Shown here in pieces: positions 48,174-56,904 of a stretch of 62,041 nt of DNA; within the stretch, counting starts at the first letter, position 1; every line of letters begins with the position of its first letter. Source of the stretch: a virus (Duplodnaviria > Caudoviricetes). Under the pieces are notes generated by a model. The model did no database searches, was not told where the DNA came from, and saw only the letters and a list, made by a program, of their open reading frames with translations. The stretch is from positions 1 to 62,041 of the IMG/VR virus record IMGVR_UViG_3300032270_000816; one strand, given 5' to 3'. The translations under genes and the position numbers were made by a program.

Positions 48174-48946
48174 TTTATTAGCCTTGGGGGAAGTTTCATT
48201 ACTTCTTTCGGATCATTCTTAACTTTTGAAGGCTCAATATCTATGTATTCTCCTGTCTCAAGATCTTCAAATACATATTTGGCTTCTTTTAGAGTTTTTA
48301 CTCTTTGATCATAGCCAAAACCAGTAGTGATATATCTATTTGGTCCTTCCCCTAAAGGTCTTACTCCATGATCATATTTTTTCCCAGTACCAGGAAATAT
48401 AACTAAATCACCAGGTTCTCCATGATATTCTAAGCCAAGTTCTGGAAAGTATAGGTTTCCTTCATTAAAATCATTAAGGTAAAGAACCATTGCTAATATG
48501 CAATAATTGTTATGTCCACCAGTTGTACCAACTTGGTTTTTATTCTCATCATACAATGGTCTTTTTTCTGTTGGATTGTCTGTATGAATAAACATTCCTT
48601 GGCCAGGAGTTAATCTGTGAATAGATCCAAAAGCACCAAGGTAAACATCATCATTTAGTAAAACTTTAACTTTATTAACAACTTCAGATGAGGTAAAAAA
48701 TATTGAAGAGTTTGCATCTATGCTAATATATTTTCCAACCCACCAATCTTTATTTTGTTTCCACCACTCTTCTTCATCAAGAGAATTAGCATACTCTACA
48801 TACTCATTAAGTATTTCATTTGATACAAAGTTTTTAATTACCCAAATATTTTCTTCTATTTTTGTTACATTTTTTAATAAATCAACTCTTAATAGTTTAT
48901 CAAGAGGAGTGTGCTCCGTCATTTTGTCCCAAAGCTCTTTATCCAT
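48170..48946 (-). CDS. 2OG-Fe(II) oxygenase 3 (tandem paralogue of 2)
   Basis: HTD, YLNDF.EG.LYFP, HGV and RY. Shares KIEENIWVI.NF and EEWWK with oxygenase 2. Confidence 0.85.
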   Translation of the reverse strand: MDKELWDKMTEHTPLDKLLRVDLLKNVTKIEENIWVIKNFVSNEILNEYVEYANSLDEEEWWKQNKDWWVGKYISIDANSSIFFTSSEVVNKVKVLLNDDVYLGAFGSIHRLTPGQGMFIHTDNPTEKRPLYDENKNQVGTTGGHNNYCILAMVLYLNDFNEGNLYFPELGLEYHGEPGDLVIFPGTGKKYDHGVRPLGEGPNRYITTGFGYDQRVKTLKEAKYVFEDLETGEYIDIEPSKVKNDPKEVMKLPPRLIN

Positions 48947-49043
48947 TTTGATCCTCCATCATGTAGTCAAATACTTTATTAATAACCACATTTATTTGTT
49001 CTGGGTATTTAGACTCTAGCCTACACACTCTGCAATCACACAT
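48939..49043 (-). CDS. Leaderless 34-aa Cys peptide
   Basis: TGATATACT-6nt-ATG. Reads MCDCRVC..., overlapping the next start. Confidence 0.5.
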   Translation of the reverse strand: MCDCRVCRLESKYPEQINVVINKVFDYMMEDQNG

Positions 49044-49065
49044 ATATTAAGTATATCAAACAATC

Positions 49066-50175
49066 TTAAATTTGGGAATTCAGATATGGGGCTGCAGTGT
49101 CTCTTAGCCAAGAATCGTAATCTTGGCCAAAAGTAGACTGAAATCCAGTTTTATAGTCACTGCCGTTTTTGATTGCGACCATCCAATCATGGATTTTCCT
49201 GAAGTCGTATTGATTGTAGAGAGACTCCAAAATTAATTCACCAATAGAATAACCTAATTCATTAGAAAAAGTATAGCCACTATCTGAATCTATTTTTTTC
49301 AGCCATTCAGCCCACTCTGTATCATTATATTTATCAGCATTAACTATAGAAAAAACTCTAAGAATCTGTGCATTGCGTTGCGTTTTGCTATCAATAAAAC
49401 GATTTGAAAAAGTAAAGCCTAAATAGTTGGCCTGACCTTCAGCAAACCAAAAAGGAAGAGCGCTCATGCGGTTCCCCATTAGCCCAAGTTGATAGACATG
49501 TATTGATTCATGGTAGGCAATTGTGTAATTTTTTTCTGTCCAGTTCATCTCTGAACCAAGTACTTGCCCAAAATGAAAAGTTCCATCTGCGCTGGGTGCT
49601 GATCCATATCCACATTGGACTCTTCTGGTTATGTAGCAATGACCTTTTTCCCACCAGTCTGAGGCCATAGTGGAAGATAAATCATTAAGCCTTAAAACCC
49701 ACCAATCTTTGTCATTTTCGTTCATTACCAAGAATGTAACTTTTGCTGGATTTACATAAAGATTAGAGAGATAAGTAATAGGTTCTTGGTATGATTCTTG
49801 AAGTTGTTTAGCCAAGACCTTGTCTGCATTGGGACTAAGGACGAAGTTGAGTTCTTGAATACTTGCTGGCTTAAGTTGTTTGAATTGAGCAAGGATTTTA
49901 AATTGAGTCTCTTGCCATAAGCCAACAGGTACTTGCGCTGGAGTAGGGGTAGGTGTAGGAGTTGCAACAATAACTGGTACTGATATTAAAATACCTTTAT
50001 TCCATACCAGCTTTTTACCTGATTTAATACACTTGTATTTTTTTCCTTGAGAAACTTTACTCTGATTTTGAACGGTACACTTAGATCCAGCCTGAATTGA
50101 TGCATAAGCAGGAGTCAATGTAGATAATAGAGCAAAGGCAAAAACTATAGCAATGGATTTTTTGGTTTTAGTCAT
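49066..50175 (-). CDS. Secreted zincin-like (HExxH) protein with host-type N-terminal module
   Basis: Signal peptide, AGSKC...KYKCIKSGKKLVWNKG, PT linker and HESIH..Q...WFAEGQA. Confidence 0.7.
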   Translation of the reverse strand: MTKTKKSIAIVFAFALLSTLTPAYASIQAGSKCTVQNQSKVSQGKKYKCIKSGKKLVWNKGILISVPVIVATPTPTPTPAQVPVGLWQETQFKILAQFKQLKPASIQELNFVLSPNADKVLAKQLQESYQEPITYLSNLYVNPAKVTFLVMNENDKDWWVLRLNDLSSTMASDWWEKGHCYITRRVQCGYGSAPSADGTFHFGQVLGSEMNWTEKNYTIAYHESIHVYQLGLMGNRMSALPFWFAEGQANYLGFTFSNRFIDSKTQRNAQILRVFSIVNADKYNDTEWAEWLKKIDSDSGYTFSNELGYSIGELILESLYNQYDFRKIHDWMVAIKNGSDYKTGFQSTFGQDYDSWLRDTAAPYLNSQI

Positions 50176-50213
50176 ATATATATTATATTGCTTTTAGGCT
50201 TAAAAGTCAAGAT

Positions 50214-50345
50214 TTAGACGGATAGACCCATAAGTAGGTGAGATTTGCATACCCCTGAAACAGTATAGGTAGACTCACCTACAGTTACGACTTGATCGTA
50301 TTCTGCTTGCTTATCGCAAAAATGACAGGTTTCTTTTTTAGGCAT
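50214..50345 (-). CDS. Leaderless 43-aa zinc-finger peptide
   Basis: TGCTATAAT-6nt-ATG, with CHFC...VC..H. Confidence 0.55.
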   Translation of the reverse strand: MPKKETCHFCDKQAEYDQVVTVGESTYTVSGVCKSHLLMGLSV

Positions 50346-50363
50346 ATAAAGATTATAGCATAT

Positions 50364-50954
50364 CTAGCTTCTGTAGAAGTTAGTCATTGCATATCTAATA
50401 CCTTTAGTAATCATTCTTACTCCATGGGTATAGTCTAGGTTATTGGAGCAATGAACTATCATAGAATTAGCAACTGGCTTATGAATAATTCCTTTATTGA
50501 CGTATTCAATCTCTCCACCTTGAAAGTCATCATTTATGTAGAAGACTAAACCTTTTTGAATATTTGCTGTGACATAAAAATCTGGATCATTGTCTTGATG
50601 TGGATGCATAGCCCATTTATCTGATCCATGGTCTCCATAGCCTTCTGCAAAGCTTTGAATATATCGGCTAATCGTAGTTAAATTTAACTCTGGCTCGGCT
50701 GCTGCAAAAAAATCATTATGGGCTTTTTCAAAAATTTCATAAATATCGTTAGTTATAAATTTCATTCTATTGCTGGAACTACCAAGAGCTATTTCTTGAC
50801 CTTTAGGTTTAGAGTTGCTTGTATCTAGATAGCTATCTTTGCCATCTATCCAACCATTTTCTTCTTCTACAAAAGCCTTAACTATAGCTAAGTCTTCAGG
50901 AGATAGGACATTTTGAACGTAGTATATTTCTGGGTCTATATAAACTTTATTCAT
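50364..50954 (-). CDS. 2OG-Fe(II) oxygenase 4
   Basis: HQD, YINDDFQGGEI, HGV and RY. Confidence 0.85.
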   Translation of the reverse strand: MNKVYIDPEIYYVQNVLSPEDLAIVKAFVEEENGWIDGKDSYLDTSNSKPKGQEIALGSSSNRMKFITNDIYEIFEKAHNDFFAAAEPELNLTTISRYIQSFAEGYGDHGSDKWAMHPHQDNDPDFYVTANIQKGLVFYINDDFQGGEIEYVNKGIIHKPVANSMIVHCSNNLDYTHGVRMITKGIRYAMTNFYRS

Positions 50955-50976
50955 TCAAATATTATATCAGAGTATG

Positions 50977-51123
50977 TTATTTAGAAAGTTTTAGAAGCTT
51001 CTTAATCTTATTAATGATAGACTCTTTCTCATGTGAGTGATCTTCATGAGAGTCTGTATGTTGACTAAAGGTTTGGCCTACAAAGTAAGGGCCACCCTTT
51101 TTGGAGAAATAATTTCTAGTCAT
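50977..51123 (-). CDS. Leaderless 48-aa peptide
   Basis: TATAAT-6nt-ATG and a His-rich middle. Confidence 0.5.
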   Translation of the reverse strand: MTRNYFSKKGGPYFVGQTFSQHTDSHEDHSHEKESIINKIKKLLKLSK

Positions 51124-51149
51124 ACCAAGATTATACACCCGATTATTTT

Positions 51150-51779
51150 TTAAGGTTCAAAAACAAAAAGGGGATCAATCAAACCTGAGCGATTAAGTAG
51201 TTCCCAATAGTCTCTAGCATAAACAAATCCAGAAAATACATATCTATCGTTTCCAGATACTTTCTTTACTGCATGGCTATATTCTTCGGTTGCGGGAAAA
51301 ACCATAAGGCTTCCTTTTTTAGGCTTGATCTCAACAGGCTTATGTTGGAAGACCAACTCTCCGCCTTCGTAATCATCGTTGAAGTATAGGACAACTCCCC
51401 ATCTGATCCATTTTGATTCATAGTCACAACCAGGATGGTTTTCGTAATGCCAAGATAGGTCATGTCCTTGACAGCCACAACCTTCACCCAAACACTTATC
51501 TTGATCTGGTACATACTTTGTAAGTAAGCTGGTTGACCTTAGCTTTTGGTTCTCATTGTCAACTACTAATCTAATCTTATCTTCAACTTCATTTTTGAAG
51601 TATTGTCTTTGATCTCCATTGGGCACTCTGCTATTTAAGATATTTTGATGGAAGTCATTGCGAATAAGAGTCCAGTCTAGGTTCATAGACATAATGGCAT
51701 CTATTTCTTTATCTGACATAAAGTTTTCTACGCAGTATATATTTTCTTCAAAATAGATTTTTTTAAAGTCGTCGCTCAT
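51150..51779 (-). CDS. 2OG-Fe(II) oxygenase 5 (HxE variant)
   Basis: HYE, YFNDDYEGGELVF, PKKGSL..FP, HAV and RY. Confidence 0.85.
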   Translation of the reverse strand: MSDDFKKIYFEENIYCVENFMSDKEIDAIMSMNLDWTLIRNDFHQNILNSRVPNGDQRQYFKNEVEDKIRLVVDNENQKLRSTSLLTKYVPDQDKCLGEGCGCQGHDLSWHYENHPGCDYESKWIRWGVVLYFNDDYEGGELVFQHKPVEIKPKKGSLMVFPATEEYSHAVKKVSGNDRYVFSGFVYARDYWELLNRSGLIDPLFVFEP

Positions 51780-51921
51780 GATTTTAGTATACCATGCTAT
51801 AAAGTCAAGCCGAAAAATGGTTTTTAAGTTCGGCGCCGTATAGAGGTTACAAACCTTCCAATGCCCTAAAAGGGCTATATCGGTTAATATACTGGGTATC
51901 CGTGCTATACTGAAAATACAG

Positions 51922-51992
51922 TTCAGGTTCGTCTAATGGTCGGACAATCGCTTCCGAAGCGAGAAACATAGGTCCGACTCCTATACCTGAAG
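51922..51992 (+). tRNA. Atypical tRNA with CCG anticodon (nominal Arg)
   Basis: TTCAGGT/ACCTGAA acceptor, loop TTCCGAA and T-arm ATAGG-TCCGACT-CCTAT. Own TGCTATACT promoter at 51903-11. Confidence 0.7.
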
Positions 51993-52005
51993 CCTAAATA
52001 AGAAA

Positions 52006-52449
52006 TCAAGTATTGTTATATTTATTAAGATTACATAGCCCGTGTGAAGGCCTTACATTTTCTAAAACATCTGGCCCACCTTTAGATACTGGCACTAAGT
52101 GATCAATATGCAAACCAATCTCCCAACCAGGATTACCACATTTTCGGGGAGCCATAAAATCAATAGCCAAACCACAAATATAGCAATTAGCTCCATATGT
52201 AGCAATAACCTGTAATTCATTATATGGAGTAGAGTCAACAGCCCTACGCCTTCTGTTCTTGGCTCTCTCCCTAGCCCTAACCTTGTCTAGGTTATTAGCC
52301 CTAGACTTGGCTTGACGAGCAACACCATCTTTCTGGTATCGTATTTTAGAGTAGACTCTATTTGCAATCAAACATTCAAGACAAGGTTTAGTCTTCTGGT
52401 TATGATGTTTGCGATATCCAGCATATGTGCCACAGTTAGGATAAATCAT
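52006..52449 (-). CDS. HNH endonuclease
   Basis: N-terminal CGT..GY..H....PC..C, then CYICG...HIDHLVPVSKGG....N....H..CN. Confidence 0.88.
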   Translation of the reverse strand: MIYPNCGTYAGYRKHHNQKTKPCLECLIANRVYSKIRYQKDGVARQAKSRANNLDKVRARERAKNRRRRAVDSTPYNELQVIATYGANCYICGLAIDFMAPRKCGNPGWEIGLHIDHLVPVSKGGPDVLENVRPSHGLCNLNKYNNT

Positions 52450-52615
52450 TATTCATCTCAACTACACCACTGGTATCCAAGCACAGTTTGCATATTTGAA
52501 AAAACATTGTCCCAGATGGGTCTATCCTATAATCGTAATCACATTCATGAGGGGTCTTTCTCATCTCATTGAAACGCTTCCAAGGATCTTTCATAAAATT
52601 ATCAATATCGCTCAT
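52436..52615 (-). CDS. Leaderless 59-aa hypothetical protein
   Basis: TGATATGCT-6nt-ATG, with HEC...CKLC. Confidence 0.55.
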   Translation of the reverse strand: MSDIDNFMKDPWKRFNEMRKTPHECDYDYRIDPSGTMFFQICKLCLDTSGVVEMNNDLS

Positions 52616-52684
52616 AACTCAAGCATATCAAAAAATTCGGGGGAAGTCAAGATGGCTTCGTAATCCCTAGTATAAGATATAACC

Positions 52685-52804
52685 CTAGTCAGTAGTATGT
52701 GGGTTTTGGGTTTGTAGTTCCAGGTCGTAGTCTTCCCAATATGCCTGAAAGTCTGAAGTATCTTCAAGTTCAAAAGCAGCCTCAAAGTTATCTAATATGC
52801 CCAT
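52685..52804 (-). CDS. Leaderless 39-aa acidic peptide
   Basis: TATACT-6nt-ATG. Reads MGILDNFEAA.... Confidence 0.5.
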   Translation of the reverse strand: MGILDNFEAAFELEDTSDFQAYWEDYDLELQTQNPHTTD

Positions 52805-52818
52805 AGCCCAAGTATATC

Positions 52819-52974
52819 CTATTTATCCCCTGGATTTTTTATCAAATCTAGGATCTGGTTTGTGTATTTTTCATAGTCTATTTCAATGATCAGGTTATCT
52901 TCTGTAAACTTATGTATTTTTATATCTCTGCCTATGCTAAAGATTATATCTTTGATGCCTTGTTCTAGGCTCAT
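52819..52974 (-). CDS. Small hypothetical protein (start ATG 52974)
   Basis: ATGA coupling to the upstream leaderless TM peptide at 52971-53075. Confidence 0.5.
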   Translation of the reverse strand: MSLEQGIKDIIFSIGRDIKIHKFTEDNLIIEIDYEKYTNQILDLIKNPGDK

Positions 52975-53112
52975 TGGCTTGGCCAGATCATTTCCTTGAT
53001 CCCCCAAATAATACCAACAACAGACAAACCAAGCATTGCGTATATCCAGTAAATGTATAAAAGTCCTATGTCCATATCTAGATTATACCCCTATATGTAG
53101 GTCCGAATTGAG

Positions 53113-53854
53113 AGGTTTGAGAGGTTTGATACAATATTAAATGTTACTGATATTTTTTAGATGTATCAGACAATAGGTATGAGGTTTGTCTACCATGTTA
53201 TTGAGCATTTAGACAGATGGGCTCGTAATGTCTAACGGGCCAAACCTCCTATCACAAAACCTTCCAATTGTCAAACCTTATATCGGAGATAGCGGATTAT
53301 ACCCCAAACCTTCCTATTTGTCAAACCTTTTATGGACAAATATGGTGTACAAAATGTACAAAAATGTCCAATAAAATAATAAAAAACCAGCAAAAAGAAT
53401 TAAAAGGTTTGGAAAATATTTAAAAAACCAGGAAAAAGGTTTGAAGGTTTGTTATGTATTATACTAGGGGGATTTGTAATGATCTTCGTAATCCCCCGCC
53501 AAAAGCGGGGCGCCCCAACGGGGCGGTATTGTATCAGGCACCACTGACAAGCTGCGAAAGTCCAGGGAATTTAAAGAGTCTTCGTAATCCCCAGTAGTAT
53601 ATATAATAGAAAAACCTTATCTTCTGGTTTGAAGGTTTGTCCGATATGAGGTTTGACAATATAAGGTTTGTATGATAAAAGGTTTGTCAAAAAAGTTCCA
53701 GCGATTTTTAAAAGCTCTTCGTAATGTCTTTTAGAGAAAATGTGGTTTGGGTGGTTTGTACGTAATGTCCGTTTTGATATGATTTACTCGGGGGGCCCCG
53801 CAGGGCTGAGTGATCACTTGACAACTGCAGTCACCAAATGATACACTCAAACCT
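53113..53854. repeat. Non-coding repeat array: 15 exact AGGTTTG/CAAACCT heptamers, CGTAAT repeats, A-rich core and two GC hairpins; candidate replication origin
   Basis: Heptamers start at 53113, 53122, 53182, 53241, 53272, 53305, 53322, 53405, 53437, 53445, 53633, 53649, 53664, 53680 and 53848. No ORF is called in the track. Confidence 0.7.
53296..53324 (-). promoter_or_regulatory. Perfect-consensus promoter inside the repeat array
   Basis: TTGACA-17-TATAAT on the minus strand. Confidence 0.75.
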
Positions 53855-53855
53855 T

Positions 53856-54089
53856 TTAAAACAATGTGTCTGCGTAGTACTTGCCCACTTCACGATACTC
53901 TGCAACGCTCTTATTAAATTCCGCTGACTCCAGCACTTCTAATGTTCTTGAATAAATGATATGCGGATTTGCTGTTGCTAAATATTTTCCAATCGCTTCA
54001 AGGTCAAGAGTAAAATCAGAAAGAAGTTTGCCAATGGTGAGGGCAATCTTTTCTTCCTTGCTTGCTCTAAGTCGTTGCGCTCTAGTCAT
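53856..54089 (-). CDS. Hypothetical early protein (start ATG 54089)
   Basis: MTRAQRLRASKEEK.A..I...LSDFTLDLEAIG.YL. Confidence 0.55.
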   Translation of the reverse strand: MTRAQRLRASKEEKIALTIGKLLSDFTLDLEAIGKYLATANPHIIYSRTLEVLESAEFNKSVAEYREVGKYYADTLF

Positions 54090-54171
54090 AGTATTCCATT
54101 CTATCAAAAATTGGGAGACGGGGCAAGCCCACCACAAACCTACCCCGTCTCATTATATGGACAGGGTGACC

Positions 54172-54540
54172 CTACCCTATCACTTGCTCAGCGAAAAGCT
54201 TTGGCCCATAGGCTGCAATGAATTCCATCCACTCAACGGAATGAATATCAGTAACAGTCTTATTAACAAAATCAATTACCACGGTCTGCTCACCTAGGTC
54301 GTAGGACCCATTGCCATCAATAGCATAAATACCAAACCCTGTTTCGTCCAGGATGTTATGCTGAATAAGATAACTAATAATCATACGGGTGCCATATGAG
54401 GCGTCATCCCATCTAGGACGTGCATGCTGTAGAGCCTCTGCCAGGTCAGGCTGCCATGAATCCTGGCCCCAGTGTGAATACAATACTACGCTAGGGCCCT
54501 CTAGATGGTCTTTGAATACAAAATTAATACGTGCTCCCAT
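54172..54540 (-). CDS. Conserved phage early protein
   Basis: MGAR.N...LYSHWG...RW.D.SY..R. Confidence 0.7.
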   Translation of the reverse strand: MGARINFVFKDHLEGPSVVLYSHWGQDSWQPDLAEALQHARPRWDDASYGTRMIISYLIQHNILDETGFGIYAIDGNGSYDLGEQTVVIDFVNKTVTDIHSVEWMEFIAAYGPKLFAEQVIG

Positions 54541-54708
54541 TACTTCTTTACCTCCACATCATATCCAAACAATTGACCGCCAATTGCCCCTGCAGCAAAT
54601 ACCACTGAAAATATTACACCAAAAACTATAAACCCTAACTCTTGCATTCTTGCTCCTGTTCTTTGTGGTTGATTACAATGATATCAAATAACGTTAACTG
54701 TGTCCAGT

Positions 54709-54999
54709 TCATTCTTCCTCCGATGAGTCATGGATCCATTCATTGTCTAACATCCATTCAAGCACATCATCTTGATGTACATCAGCGCCATACTCCAGTG
54801 TAAACGTTCTACCGCTCTCTACAGCCTTTGTTAGGTGGTCCCACATGTCATCTAGGGTTACCTTTGCATTCCATGATTCATCCTGCAGAATGTTGTCAAT
54901 TGAACTCCAAGTCCACAACCAAACCATAGATAGGCCAAGGTCCGTGGTGTCAAGAATCTCCAGACATTTATTTAGTTTATCTTTGTCATCTGGCTTCAT
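54709..54999 (-). CDS. Hypothetical acidic early protein
   Basis: Coupled ORF with AAGG SD. Confidence 0.6.
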   Translation of the reverse strand: MKPDDKDKLNKCLEILDTTDLGLSMVWLWTWSSIDNILQDESWNAKVTLDDMWDHLTKAVESGRTFTLEYGADVHQDDVLEWMLDNEWIHDSSEEE

Positions 55000-55718
55000 T
55001 ATGTTACCTTTCTGTATTCAGGAACTTTAGTATCCAAGTATATCTTGTGGTCTTCGCATTCTGCAACTGCCTCTAGGTCAGCCTCGCCAAGCCAATGGCA
55101 TACAGAGCAAATCTCACCACAGTCATTCTCACAGTACTCCATGCAATCTGTTGAATCACAGTCACGGCATTGAGAATCATACTCAGACTCAGAAATGATT
55201 TCTCCACGCAGGATTTCCATTTCCCCACCCCAGCCAGTTTCTTCCTGATATGAGTGAGTAAATAATAATTCAGGGTACTGTTCAGATAACTTAAACAGTG
55301 CAGGTAGTGGCCTAGACCAAGCGGTATTGAAGTTGTAATGAACTACATGATTCTCGCCATTAGGAGAATCTTCCATAGATGTATCACTATACTGTTCGTT
55401 CTCATGGATAGCCACATCCCACTTAGTACCCCAGTTACGGATATTCCAATCATACCAATGGTCTGAATCAAAAGTGATTGGGCCTGCCTCACGCTTTGCT
55501 GGTTCAGCCCAATATGCCTCCATGTCTGTTGGTTTAATTATGTTCCAGAAAGCAAACACAGGGTTAGGATAAGTAGTTAGTTTCTTTTCCTGTTGCATGG
55601 TTTCCATGTTCCAGTTGTCATGAACCATTTTGAATGGTTGATTAAGTTGTTTGATGAGAGCCTTGACTGATTCAGGCTTGCCCTCAATGGTCAAACCGTT
55701 ATATACCCAATTTGGCAT
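54999..55718 (-). CDS. DUF1281/YubB ferredoxin-like family protein
   Basis: MPNW..N.L...WYDWN..NWGTKWD...F.TAWS.P...LS..YP.L.F...Y.E. Confidence 0.8.
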   Translation of the reverse strand: MPNWVYNGLTIEGKPESVKALIKQLNQPFKMVHDNWNMETMQQEKKLTTYPNPVFAFWNIIKPTDMEAYWAEPAKREAGPITFDSDHWYDWNIRNWGTKWDVAIHENEQYSDTSMEDSPNGENHVVHYNFNTAWSRPLPALFKLSEQYPELLFTHSYQEETGWGGEMEILRGEIISESEYDSQCRDCDSTDCMEYCENDCGEICSVCHWLGEADLEAVAECEDHKIYLDTKVPEYRKVT

Positions 55719-55749
55719 GGTGATTACTTTCTACTAGGTGGTTTATATA

Positions 55750-55778
55750 ATTGTAGCAAAAATGCAGGGTACTGTCAA
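55750..55778 (-). promoter_or_regulatory. Early SigA-type promoter
   Basis: TTGACA-17-TACAAT with extended TG. Confidence 0.7.
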
Positions 55779-56041
55779 GACTTAACCTTATCCTTAGCAA
55801 ACGCTATAGCATAAGTTAAACTATATAGTTCTCCATAGGCTTCGTATACACCTTCCCAGTATCTACGTTCCATAGAGTCCATTGCTTCTTCTGATTCATC
55901 CTCTGCTTCTTGAGCAAGAGTTAGTTGTTGTTCAGCCTCTACCATGAGAGTTTTAAGATGACCGTGCATTATATCTGCACCGTCCATGCCTGCGTCTACC
56001 ATGCGTTGTAGGTATGGGTCTAGTGTGATTGATTCATTCAT
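55775..56041 (-). CDS. Hypothetical early protein
   Basis: EAMDSMERRYWEG motif. Confidence 0.6.
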   Translation of the reverse strand: MNESITLDPYLQRMVDAGMDGADIMHGHLKTLMVEAEQQLTLAQEAEDESEEAMDSMERRYWEGVYEAYGELYSLTYAIAFAKDKVKS

Positions 56042-56247
56042 GAGTTAACCATATCGTATGCCACTGACAAGAGGTGGCGGGTAGCCCTAAGTTCGCCAGT
56101 ATTAACAATGTCTTCAATTTCTAGTTCTCTATATTCATCTGAATCTAAATCACCACCTGGAAATTCATCCATGAGCTTTTGAAGTTTTTCTGCGTCTTGA
56201 CATAAACTAATCTCATGTAACTGCATATACTCAATCAGTGGATTCAT
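56038..56247 (-). CDS. Hypothetical early protein
   Basis: MNPLIEYM.LH.ISL.QD...G...ATRHLLSVA. Confidence 0.55.
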   Translation of the reverse strand: MNPLIEYMQLHEISLCQDAEKLQKLMDEFPGGDLDSDEYRELEIEDIVNTGELRATRHLLSVAYDMVNS

Positions 56248-56422
56248 CTTCATCCTCATCATATTCCTCACCTACAGGTTGCTCTTCTACTTCAATAGAA
56301 TAGACTTCACCAGAGAACGGATAATCCTCATAGTGCCAGCCTTGCTCTTCAGCCTCAACCTCATTGTCTGCTTCTACTTCATAGTTATATTCTACGATTA
56401 CTGTTACATCATATGTTGGCAT
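56231..56422 (-). CDS. Small acidic early protein
   Basis: AAGGAG SD and VEADNE.EA motif. Confidence 0.65.
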   Translation of the reverse strand: MPTYDVTVIVEYNYEVEADNEVEAEEQGWHYEDYPFSGEVYSIEVEEQPVGEEYDEDEDESTD

Positions 56423-56642
56423 TTGTTTTCTCCTTTATACCAGTATAGGGGTTGGTGTTGATTTTTACAACATTTGCTGGTGTGATATCAGTCACAATAG
56501 GGGCAAAGGCAGGAGATGAAGTAATATTAATAATCATTCCATTTCCACATAGACAATCTGGATCTATGGCAGGGTATACAGAAGCGGTAATCTCAATCAA
56601 AGCATCACAGTTAGTACATACATAGTCATACTTAGTCCACAT
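56409..56642 (-). CDS. Zinc-ribbon early protein
   Basis: GAGGAG SD and Y.CTNCD...C.CG. Confidence 0.55.
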   Translation of the reverse strand: MWTKYDYVCTNCDALIEITASVYPAIDPDCLCGNGMIINITSSPAFAPIVTDITPANVVKINTNPYTGIKEKTNANI

Positions 56643-56751
56643 TATTGCTCCTCTATTTGTTCTGTTTCAGGATTCCAATATCCAAACCCACAATTAAATG
56701 TACAGGTATATACCCCTGGTACATCTGAAGATAGCCAATGATGTTTATGCA

Positions 56752-56904
56752 TTAGTCAAAGTACCCTTCTGCCCATAGACCATCAAAGAATGAGTTAGCC
56801 ATTTCTAATCCATCACAAAGGTCTTGTGGTATGCCATCAGCCTTGCTAAGTAAACTAAGACACTCTTGTATTTTGTTAATATCTTCTATGGTATAACCTA
56901 GCAT
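56752..56904 (-). CDS. Small early protein, 50 aa
   Basis: GGGAG SD. Reads MLGYT.ED...GLWAEGYFD*. Confidence 0.55.
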   Translation of the reverse strand: MLGYTIEDINKIQECLSLLSKADGIPQDLCDGLEMANSFFDGLWAEGYFD

